Of a DNA stretch of 64,000 bases, positions 1-10,500 are shown piece by piece. Position 1 is the first letter of the stretch, and each line of letters starts with the position of its first letter. The translations under genes were made by a program, and so were the position numbers. This DNA is from Neodothiora populina (taxonomy: Eukaryota), in assembly GCF_041146345.1 (NCBI RefSeq), contig NW_027191419.1:496001-560000 (forward strand), read 5' to 3'. The notes beneath the pieces were generated by a model. It did not search any database. It saw nothing but the letters and a program-made list of their open reading frames with translations, and had not been told where the DNA came from.

Positions 1-2616
1 GACGAGATGCATAGCGACGAACCCGCTCAGAATGACAGGGCCAATGGAACCAAACGCAAGTCTTCGATGACCAACGGGAAGACCTACAAGGACGCCAGCG
101 ATTCCGAAGACGATGTGCCCTTGGTATGTGGCATCCGCTACATGTCCCGCCCTCGCCAACCGTCCCGAGCTGACCCAAATCTAGACCAAGCGACGAAGAA
201 CGTTTCAGCAGAAGAAACCGCCGGAGGCGACAGCTGCTCAGATTGGCCAAGAACCTGATGATGACGGTCCTCTTGGCCAGAAGCTGCAGAAAGAGAAGGC
301 TTTGATCCAGCAGAGGGCCGAGAAGGAAGCAAAGGCGATCCGTGCCAAGGCCAAAATTGAGGACGACGATGACAGCGATGATGTTCCGCTGCAGAAGCAG
401 AGAAAGCCTGCTGCCGCAAAGAAGACGAATGGCGTGAAGAAAGAGGAGTCCGATGACGACGATGTGCCTCTCAGCAAGAAAGCCCCCGCCGCGGCGAAGA
501 AGAGCACGAAACCTGCTCCAAGATCGGCAAAGTCAACTCCTGTCGCCGCGAAGAAAGGAAAACAGGCCGTCAAGGAGGAGAGCGAGATGCCAGAGGATGA
601 AGAAGAAGAAGAGGAAGAGTACCGTTGGTGGGAAGATCCTGGCAAGAGTGACGGCACCAAGAAGTGGACCACACTTGAGCACAACGGCGTTGTGTTTCCC
701 CCGGAATACGAGCCTCTGCCGAAAAACGTCAAGATGCGATATGATGGTGTTCCTGTGACTCTTCACCCCGAGGCTGAAGAAGTCGCTGGCTTCTACGGCG
801 GCATGCTCAATTCGACACACAACGTCGAGAACCCGACCTTCAACAAGAACTTCTTCAACGACTTCAAGGAGATTCTCGACAGGACCGATCACGGCAAGGA
901 CAAGGACGGCAACACTGTCAAGATCACCAAGTTCGAAAAGTGCGACTTCAAGCCCATCTTTGAGTACTACGACAGCGAGCGACAAAAGAAGAAGAATCTT
1001 TCCGCTGCCGAGAAGAAGGCTATCAAGGCTGCCAAGGATGAGGCCGAGGCACCTTTCACATATTGTGTCTGGGACGGCCGCAAGCAGAAGGTCGGCAACT
1101 TCCGCGTTGAACCACCCAGTCTTTTCCGAGGCCGTGGTGAACATCCCAAGACTGGCATGGTCAAGAAACGCGTTTCCCCCGAGCAAATCACCATCAACAT
1201 CGGCAAGGAAGCCACAGTTCCGGCGCCGCCTGAAGGTCATCGATGGAAGGAAGTGCGCCATGATCAAGAAGGAACTTGGCTTGCGATGTGGCAGGAGAAC
1301 ATCAACGGCGCCTACAAGTATGTCATGCTTGCCGCCAATTCTGATGTCAAGGGCCAGTCGGATTACAAGAAGTTCGAGAAGGCTCGTGAACTCAAGAAGC
1401 ACATTGACAAGATCCGAAAGGAGTACCAGCGAGATTTGAAAGCCGAACTCATGGCTGATCGCCAGCGTGCTACTGCTGTCTACCTCATTGATCAGTTTGC
1501 CTTGAGAGCCGGAAATGAAAAGGGTGAGGATGAGGCCGACACGGTCGGTTGTTGCTCTCTCAAGTTCGAGCATGTCACTCTGAAGCCCCCAAATAAAGTC
1601 ATCTTTGACTTCCTCGGAAAGGACTCTATCAGGTTCTATGACGAGGTCTCGGTAGATCCTCAAGTGTTCAAGAACCTCAAGATCTTCAAGAAGGCTCCCA
1701 AGAAGGAAGGAGATGAGATCTTCGATCGTCTCACAACCAGTGCCCTCAACAAGCATCTGAGCAACTACATGCCTGGTCTCACTGCTAAAGTTTTCCGTAC
1801 CTACAACGCTTCCTGGACCATGGCTTCGCTGCTGAAGAAAATGAAAGCCACAGGTACCATCCCAGAGAAGGTCAAAGCGTACAACGACGCCAATCGCGAG
1901 GTAGCCATTCTCTGTAACCATAAGCGCACAGTCGCGGCTGGTCACGCTGCTCAGATGGAGAAGCTGCAAGATAGACTCGATGCTCTCCGCTATCAGCAGT
2001 ACCGAACCAAGCTGATGATGCTCGACATCGAGCCCAAGCTGAAGAAGAAGCGGGGTGCTGAGTATTTCAGTCTCCCCGAAGACATCTCGGAAGAATGGGT
2101 GTCGAAGCACATCGAGGATCTCTACGAGCAAGAGCGCGTCAAGATTACCAAGAAGTTCGAGAAAGAGAATGAGAAGCGTGTCGCTGATGGTGAGAAGGAG
2201 ATGAAGCAGAAGGAACTCGACGATCGCCTCAAGGCTGCCAACGAGCTTAAAAAGAAAATGGAGAAGGAGAAGAAGACTGGCAAGGTCGAAGCCGAGGGCA
2301 AGGCACCGACCGTTGAGAAATACGAGGCGCAGGTCGAAAAGCTACAAAACCGCATCGAGACCATGAAGATCCAGAGCCAGGACAAGGAGCAGAACAAGGA
2401 GGTGGCTCTGGGCACCTCCAAGATCGTGAGTGATAAGCAGACACTTTGTGAGCACGATCGGCTCTACTGACTTTTTCCTAGAACTACATTGATCCTCGCC
2501 TGACTGTTGTCTTCTCCAAGAAGTTCGACGTTCCGATCGAGCGTTTCTTCTCGAAGACGCTGCGCGAAAAATTCGCATGGGCTGTCGCGTCCGTTGATGA
2601 GGACTGGGATTTCTAA
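1..2616 (+). CDS. TOP1: DNA topoisomerase I (type IB), 5' end outside window; exons <1-123, 185-2425, 2482-2616
   Basis: Motifs [41 protein letters not shown]. Splicing GTGAGT(2426)..TAG(2481) restores LGTSKI-NYIDPR with the catalytic Tyr. Intron 124-184 keeps the frame. Stop TAA at 2614-2616. Confidence 0.98.
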
Positions 2617-3076
2617 GTTCTTACTGCACTAACAAATCGACTCCATGCTGGAAGCATCGGACTCTGCCGTCAGCATCATTGCTAGCACTACTCGAAGCGA
2701 AGCGTAAGCCTTGCCATTGATGACGCAAATGAACATGAAGACCAACTCTCGAAGGCCAACTTGATTGCTGCGCGTATCAGCACGGTAGCGACACGCCAGC
2801 TCTCACACTTGCACTGCGGCGGTCGCTCAAGGCTGTCTCAGGCAAGTCTATGTAACTAGAATATACAATTAAGTTGAGCCAGTTTCCATTATCGTTTCTC
2901 CCGTATCTCATTTCTATCATCCCTACTGCAGTGTGTCAATGGACATGATTGATGCTATCCTTATTGTCACGTAGGCCGGTCTAAGTATTGAACATCATCT
3001 CATCCTCTCTTGAGATTGCCATCATACAAAGCCTCGGAATTGTACGAGTATGTCCATTTCTTGTCCTGTAGCATAA

Positions 3077-4601
3077 TCACAGACCAAGCACATTGGATGG
3101 TCGATTGCGACCGTCCACAGACGCCGTGCCGCAAAGGCTTTCTTCAATCGAATGCTTGAAGCCCCTTTCCTGCGATGCGATCTCTAACTTTTCGAGTTCT
3201 GAAGTTGTATTGTCCGTTGATAATGCATCGGATTCGCGCTTCTCGTCAAGTATGGGTTCACTGCTGCTGATGTGCTCGCTTTCGGCCGCCATCTGGTGCT
3301 CCTCTATATCAGGCTCAGTAGTTTCCGCATGCACGTCATGTGCTGAAGATGCGCGGCTCTCTCTCGCTGTGGCCTCACGCTCAACATCTGGCTCCTTTTG
3401 GGTAGATATCGAATTGTCCACCTGATTGTCGTGTGCCGAAGGTGCCCTGCTCTCCCTCCCTGAGAATGCATGCTCAATGACTCGACCTGGCGATCGAGCT
3501 CTGCCGGGTTTTATCTCGGCCTGCTCGTGATCCGACTCTATTGCTACAGTCCCTGGGGACTTGCTGGATGCGGTGGCGCCTTGATCTGTGTTAGAAGATG
3601 CATCTGTCGCGGTGGGCATCTCAGCCACTCCTTGGCTAGAAACATGCTCCTCTCCTTCAAGGGCATCATCAAGTTCTTCGCCAAACAGAAGCCTAATCGT
3701 CACCACTAAGTACGGTAACCCCGACTTCCTATTCTTCATGACGAATCTGACGGTATGAGTCCTCGCGTCAATCCATCGCAAGACGTTGAGTGAGAAACCG
3801 GGCAGTTTTAGTGCATAGTCCTTCCAATCAATGTACCCATTATGAAAATCAAACTGATAACATCTACCTTGCTCGAATGTGAAGTTCTTTCGGTTCTCCT
3901 CAATCGCGAAGAACTTTCGTCTTTTGGCTTCATCAGCAGGTATACCTGCATCTTGACGGACTGACTCGCCATCCTCTAATCCACCCTCTACGAGAACACT
4001 CGCAGGAGCCACAGCTTCTTTGCGTTTCCCACCTAGACTGAACGTCATTGCGCTTCCGCATAGAATTGCTCCATTCACCCATGGCTGATCTGCATATGGA
4101 TCGCAATTGAGACTAGAGTCGACGAATCGTTTGCAGATTTCGAATGCTGTTGTGATGAACCTCGATGGTATACGGTCCCGTATAGGATTGACCTGAACCA
4201 GATCAACGACAATATAGACGTAACATGTACTGCTTGTGACTTACCAATTCGATTCCCCATACCAAGTCGTCTGCACTAACGTCCTCTTTCGGTACCCATG
4301 AGAATGCAATACTATACGTGTCTTTCGGATGCGCCGAGTCTTCAAAGTAAGCACTTTGCGCAACCGAGTGGCCTGGGATGCCTTGGTATTCGCGAATTCG
4401 TACTGCAACCCGGGTGCCCTGATCGAGGATGCAGTCGTCACTGTTCACTACAACTGTGTTCGCAGTACTGTTCTCGTAAGAGGTACCAGCAGTTACTTTC
4501 AAACGGTATTTCTCTGTTGTCGAAGATGAGCTGTCTTCATCTTGCGACTCGGTCGTTGAACGGCCGGTCACTTTTGATAGCTTATCCTTTAGTGAAGACA
4601 T
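3077..4601 (-). CDS. DUF1769-family fungal protein with acidic/disordered C-terminal tail; exons 4601-4245, 4192-3077
   Basis: ORFs 4203-4601 and 3077-4078 are joined in frame by intron 4244-4193 (GTAAGT..CAG). Family-like motifs: KYRLKVTAG, VAVRIREY, YF..HPKDTYSIAF, DDLVWG, DPYADQPW, RRKFF, FDFHNGYIDW..LKLPGFSL. Confidence 0.8.
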
Positions 4602-4974
4602 GTTGGGTTCGAGGTGTTTGCGAGACGAGAGGAGCTTTTGGAAAGAATCAAATATGTTACAGTGTACTCGAGTATGTACAAGCGATTCTGACTACTACCA
4701 TTCCAAGGTCTCGAATGCATGAGATCTTGGATTACCTTAATGGTGCGCTGGACCATTCAATGACGACATTCAACCAGAGACAACCCAAGCTGTGGTTGGC
4801 GTCGCTGTGCCACGATAAGGTGTAACCGCCAGAAGGTAGTCCATTACAAGTATCGTGCTTGTTCCGCGAGAACATCACTCCTGTTGAAAGTCGTCTTCAC
4901 CCTGTTGACCAGTAGACTACAATTTAGTCGGCGAAGGATGACTCGGCAAACAGAACATTACTTTGACGGCGCGC

Positions 4975-5028
4975 GATGACTCAGTGAATATATTATAACT
5001 TGGATGGCGTAGGATGACTCAGTGAATA
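4975..5028 (+). promoter_or_regulatory. Two perfect TGACTCA (Gcn4/CpcA/AP-1-type) elements inside a 16-bp direct repeat GATGACTCAGTGAATA
   Basis: Identical 16-mers at 4975-4990 and 5013-5028. A near site GATGACTCG lies at 4937-4945. A TATA-like TATATAA at ~5097 precedes ATG 5198. Confidence 0.55.
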
Positions 5029-5197
5029 GTCCGTTTCAAGAGCTGACTTTAGGTTCCGTCAAGGCACACGCCATCTCCGCATCTGGAACACTGCCATATA
5101 TAATGTATCGCGACTCACCCAGGTCAGACTATCTCTATAACTTTTGACAAAAGCTAGTAAATGATAGGTTTGGGATCTATCATATCGTCGCTAGGAC

Positions 5198-6958
5198 ATG
5201 CCAAAGAAGCATAGGCAGGCATATCTGAACACCAAGCCTAATTATGTTCACTCCTTGAAAGGTGGCAAACAAGGTGCCGTTGTGGATGCGGCATCGTCAC
5301 CTACACCACCAAATCTTACAGTGAATGAGCGATTATCTCAACTCAGACTAGCACAAGCATCGCCTGCATCTTTGGAGCGGAAACGAGAACTCGCAGAAGC
5401 GTCCAACCAAAGATCGCTGCCTCCAAGTGTAGGACAGGGTATATTCGGACAAGCACCGACTGCTGCTCCGAGACCCAGACCAGGAGTCAGATCGAGGATT
5501 CGCTTACGGACACCTGGTCCCGCTCCACCACCAAGTTGGCAAAGCGGGTCGGCCGCTTCACGAAGTCATCATGGTTCGGTCTATAGACTTGCTCGACCTG
5601 CTGGTAGGACTTTCGGACGAAAACCGGATGTCGATAGGCCGCGATCTCAGCTAGCCTTAAGATTCATCAAGCTCGTTGGCAACACCCCTGTGCGAGATGG
5701 CAGCCTCTTGCACTGCGCGCTACGGAGCGCAGCTGAGAATTGGGAAGCCATAGTTGAAGATTGCTTGTCGGAGCTAGAGTACTTGCCACTTCACTCGCGA
5801 TCAATATTGCTCAGCTATCTATCAACGTATGGCCCACTAAATGGGGTCGACGTTAGGATTCTGACCGCTCTATTCCCTGGGTTATCTGATGCTACTTGCT
5901 TAGATCTGACTGGATTCGTGGGCTGGAACTTCACTTTGAAAGAATTGAGGCGATGGCTAACAGTACCTGTGGAGGATATCCCCGCGTCTACTTCAGGAGA
6001 CTCGGCCTCGAGTGGTGATGAAGTTGTAGAGTCTTGGGAGGAAGAAACGACCGACGACATTGTCGCGCCAGCTATACCGCCGGCTCTGACTTCTCGAATT
6101 CGATTTCTTACCAAATTGTCTTTGGCATATCCTCCATCGACAATATCATGGGGTGATCTTTTGTCCCTCTCCAAAGACTTGGGTACCCTGACACACCTCT
6201 CACTGGCACATTGGCCAGTGCCGACGAGGACACCAAACATGAAGACAGCATCATACATTACAGGCACGGGCACAGAGGAAGCCGCCAGCTCGACGACACT
6301 CTACTCGGAGCTCGACAGGAACTTCGAGGAGTCCGCAATCATCCTCCGACAGCTCAGCGAGAACACCTACTGTCTACGCTGGCTCGATCTAGAAGGGTGT
6401 TCGCAATGGCTAGCCGCGCTCACATGGCAAGCCCCACCTCCAGAAACAGATGATTTTCCAATCCGTTCCGAATGGGAATCAAGCACGAGACAAAGCAAGC
6501 CCAGAGGACCGGACTGGCGGGGGGCGTGGAGAAACATTGCCTATCTGAACACGAGCCAGACCTGGGTGCCTCAAGAACGACAATTCATCAACAGCGCAGC
6601 CTGCAAAGGCCGTCTTGCGGCAAAATATCACATTCTGACGTCTACATCCCTACAGATCATTCTCGATCTCGTCAATTCATCGTCTGCAACAGACACAGCA
6701 CACGTGCAAAAGCAGTGCGAAGTCTGCTTGGCACCCAGGAACGGAAGCGGTGATGCGCAATGCGCGGTCTGCACTGCTTACTACGATCAAGAGACTGCGA
6801 GGTTGGCTCGATGGCTCGAGCGAGAAGTCACTGCTTGGGACGTTGGTCGCGGAATCATCAGTGCTAGAGCCGGCGGCAAGGGGTTGCCTGTTTTTGATCA
6901 TGGATGGCAGAAGAAGGAAACATACTCTGTGTATGCGGCGTCCGCGCCCGATCGCTAG
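5198..6958 (+). CDS. Conserved fungal hypothetical protein (586 aa) with LRR/RNI-like repeats, a possible BC/SOCS-box-like segment and a CxxC-x11-CxxC motif
   Basis: Single long ATG ORF. Repeats CLDLTG, LTKLSLA, LTHLSLAHW, LRWLDLEGC. Also SLLHCALRSA...LPLHSRSILLSYL and CEVC...CAVC. Confidence 0.8.
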   Translation: MPKKHRQAYLNTKPNYVHSLKGGKQGAVVDAASSPTPPNLTVNERLSQLRLAQASPASLERKRELAEASNQRSLPPSVGQGIFGQAPTAAPRPRPGVRSRIRLRTPGPAPPPSWQSGSAASRSHHGSVYRLARPAGRTFGRKPDVDRPRSQLALRFIKLVGNTPVRDGSLLHCALRSAAENWEAIVEDCLSELEYLPLHSRSILLSYLSTYGPLNGVDVRILTALFPGLSDATCLDLTGFVGWNFTLKELRRWLTVPVEDIPASTSGDSASSGDEVVESWEEETTDDIVAPAIPPALTSRIRFLTKLSLAYPPSTISWGDLLSLSKDLGTLTHLSLAHWPVPTRTPNMKTASYITGTGTEEAASSTTLYSELDRNFEESAIILRQLSENTYCLRWLDLEGCSQWLAALTWQAPPPETDDFPIRSEWESSTRQSKPRGPDWRGAWRNIAYLNTSQTWVPQERQFINSAACKGRLAAKYHILTSTSLQIILDLVNSSSATDTAHVQKQCEVCLAPRNGSGDAQCAVCTAYYDQETARLARWLEREVTAWDVGRGIISARAGGKGLPVFDHGWQKKETYSVYAASAPDR

Positions 6959-7593
6959 AGAAGGATTGTGATGCGGTGACAGGAGGGATGTTCGCGAAAA
7001 AAGCAGGGTTGAGTGGTCAGCTGGCGACCCTGTCCACAGACGGAGTTGCAGTATATATATTGCATCGACTCCTTTCATGAGTAGACTCGATGGCTACTAT
7101 CTATGTCTTGTTCTTGTTCTTGTTCTTGTGCTCGTACTTGTCTTTGTCGACGACTTACCGGGCCACTTGTGCTGCAGGGCTCATGCTGGAAGACTAGAGC
7201 ATAACAGCTGCTGAATGCCGGAAACGATTCACCATTATTTCTAATATGACAACTATAACATGATGAAAACACCAAACAAAAGGAACCCCTAAATTGCAAA
7301 CCTATTTCTCCAACAATCCCTTCTCCCTAACAGACCAATTTCACCTTTCCTGGACGCGTCTTTTTTTTTGATTATTTCGTCGTCGAAATCCTGCCATTTA
7401 CCGTACCCTTAATCCTCAAAACCAACGAGAGAAACACACGCCCACAACGAAAACAAAATCCAAGCAAACGACCTGACTACTCCCCGAACAACTACCGAAT
7501 CCCCTCCGTCCCTTCCTCTCCTTCCCCATCACTTATCAACCTCAGGAAACCAACACCTTCCCCTTTTTCCCCCCTGACCAGAAAAGCCACACA

Positions 7594-10500
7594 TCACCGA
7601 CAAATCATACCCGCCCCACCAGACGCAGACGGCGGACAACTAGTCACAGTCCCGGTAGTGAAGACGGTGGTGTAATAAGATCTTGGCACGGGGCAGGTCG
7701 ATGGGCGGACGGTTATGGTTGTTGCTGTTGGGCGTCAATTGCTTTCTTTTGCTTATGGAGGGGCTTGGGACTTACTGTATTGGTTTGATGTGCTTCCTGA
7801 ACTTGGGATTAGAGATGAGGTTGGATAAGATGTAGTTGGTAGGGATGATAAGGATGAGGACGAAGGTGGGATCGAGGAGAGAGGAGAAGAAGAAGGAGAA
7901 GAAGAAGAAGAAGAAGAAGAAGAAGAAGAAGAAGAAGAAGAAGAAGAAGAAGAAGAAGAAGAAGAAGAAGAAGAAGAAGAAGAAGAAGAAGATGATGATG
8001 ATGATGATGATGATGCGGATGAAGTGCTCAAACTCGAGGTCATGGTCGATGTGGTTGTCAGGCTTGATACTGGCGATGACGACAGAGACGATGACGATGA
8101 TGCTGTTGTCGAGGATAGTGGTGAAAAGGAGAAGATGCTTGTAGATGAAGTCGAACTGGACGTTCCGCTGGAGCTCAAGCGACTAGATGATGTCGACAGA
8201 CTGCTCGAGGAAGAGGAAGTCAACGAAGAAGCACTCGAGGAAGACGATCCAGGATCAAACGAGGTCGATAGGCTAGTCGTCGAAAGCGTCGAATTGTCCG
8301 GTGGAGGTGCAGGGGACACCACAATACCCGCGACGTTAGTAGGATCAGGCACTACTCCAGTGACCTCACTGAACAAAGTGCAATTCGTCCCCTGGTAGTT
8401 GACAGCGACACAATTCGCAAAATCATTACAGAGATTCAGACATGCTTGGTAGGTCGGCTCAGTGGCGCGTTTGACGGCTCTCATCACGAAACTCAGAGCG
8501 TCCAGTGCAGCTCGTTTGCGCGTGCCGTCGATGTCATCGGTTTTGATCGTTGTACCTGTGTATGCGTAGCCACAGCTTAGTTGGTAACTGGTTCCGTCAT
8601 CAGAAGAACATTGCGATTCAGTGTCTGCGCTCGATGCCTTTTCAGCACCTGCCGAGGGACAGACTTGACTCTGACTGGCTGTACAGGATGGAGCTGTGGT
8701 GCCGCTGAAAGTCGCTGTTGGTGGGGTGGTTGGTGGGGTGGTGGAGGTGGACGATGTGGATGACGATGGCACAGACGCTGAACTTGTTATCGTTAATGTT
8801 TGCTGTGACACGCTGGTGATTGTCACTGTGCTTTGAACTGTGCTGGATACAGTGCTCAAGCTGCTGCTGATGCTTGTGATGCTCGTGGTGCTGATGCTGC
8901 TGCTACTACTGCTGCTACTGACAATACTACTGCTGATGATGCTGCTGCTGCTGCTGCTGCTGGAGGTACTTGGAGTCACTACCGAGCTTGAACTTGATCC
9001 AGTCGAGGAACTGGTCGATACAATGAAAGTGGTCCCCGTGTTCGGCTCACTAATGATAGTCAGGCTAGTTGTAGTGCTTGATATTGTACTGACAGGTAGC
9101 GAGAGAGCTGATGAAGAGACCGAAGAAACCACAGAGGACGAAGAGGACGATGAGAGGGTAGATGTACTCGATGAGCTCGAACCGGATGAAGGCGACTCCG
9201 GTACGGACGACGACGTTTCAAGAAGGGTAAAAGTAGTCGTTGTCTGGGAAGATGTCACAATCGTCGTGACTCCCAGAGTTGAGCTGATTGTACTTGTTGA
9301 GACCGATACACTGGTTGATGAAATCGTCGGTACTTCAGTTCCACTACTAGAGATAGACGTCGTTGGGATATTAATGCTGCTAAGTGAGCTTATCACGGAG
9401 GTAGATACAAGCTCTGCTGTAGTGCTAGCAAGAGACGAAGGCAAGGAAGTTATCGACTCAGTACTTGACGATGTAGTACTCGTAGGAGACGAAGACAAGG
9501 TAGTGATGGACTCGGTGACAGCACTTGTAGAGGTTGATGATATTGGACTTTCCAGCGTCGATGACGAGCTCGAAGACGAGGAGATCAGAGAAGAGAAGCT
9601 TGACGATGCTGTGGTAATGCTCGTAGAAGTAGCAGTGATGGTAGAAGTGGTAAGACTTGTGGCCGAGACCTCAGAGCTTGACAGTGACAAGGTTATCGAA
9701 GAGGACGACGAAGAGTCCGTCAATGGCGCCGAGGAAGTGTCGGGAGAAGGAGACGGCTGACTTGGCGACACCAACACAGCATATGCGGTAGTGTTACTGC
9801 CGCCGTTCAAAGTTCCAAAGCTAGTTCTCAGGTAGCTAATCAATCAGTCGAGTATCAATGTGAGCGTAGTAGGAAGCCATACCAATAGCCGTTAACCATG
9901 TCGGCATCTCCACTATATGTGAACTGAACGCAGCCAGAGTAGACATTGCATGCGTGCGAGCATCCAAGGATGCCAGTCCTAGTCACCTCGATCAAATCGG
10001 CTGCGACATTGGAATCTGTCGCACAGTAGACGTTGTACACTGCTCCATCGGTGTCTGTGATTGAATGTCGATCCTGCGTATTTTCCTATTAGCAAAGGGT
10101 GACAATGAACATTCTTTTACAAGACTAAATTTACCATTGATGGACACTTCAGGTCGCCAGTTGCTGAAGGGAAGGCACTGACAGTCGAAGAGACAGCTGA
10201 AGATGCCCCACTCGAGGTAATCGTCGACATCCCGGAAGTAATCGTATCGATAGAGGAAGATGATGAGATAGTTGATATCGACGAGCTTTCCGCTGATGTA
10301 GTCAGTACCGATATTGGAATAGTCAACGAAGAGGATGTAGTCGTCAAAGAATTAGAGAAATTGGAAGTAGAGACAGAAATGACCGATATTGGGGAGGCAG
10401 AAGAGGTCGTGGAGACAGAGGAGAACGAAGCCGATGAAGACGAAGTATTCGTTACCACTATCGACGTCCCCAAAGAAATGGTAGAACTGTTCGTCAACGT

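Noticed and set aside
533..2131. 532-aa antisense ORF over TOP1
   Set aside because: Shadow ORF caused by codon bias of the sense gene; no recognisable motifs.
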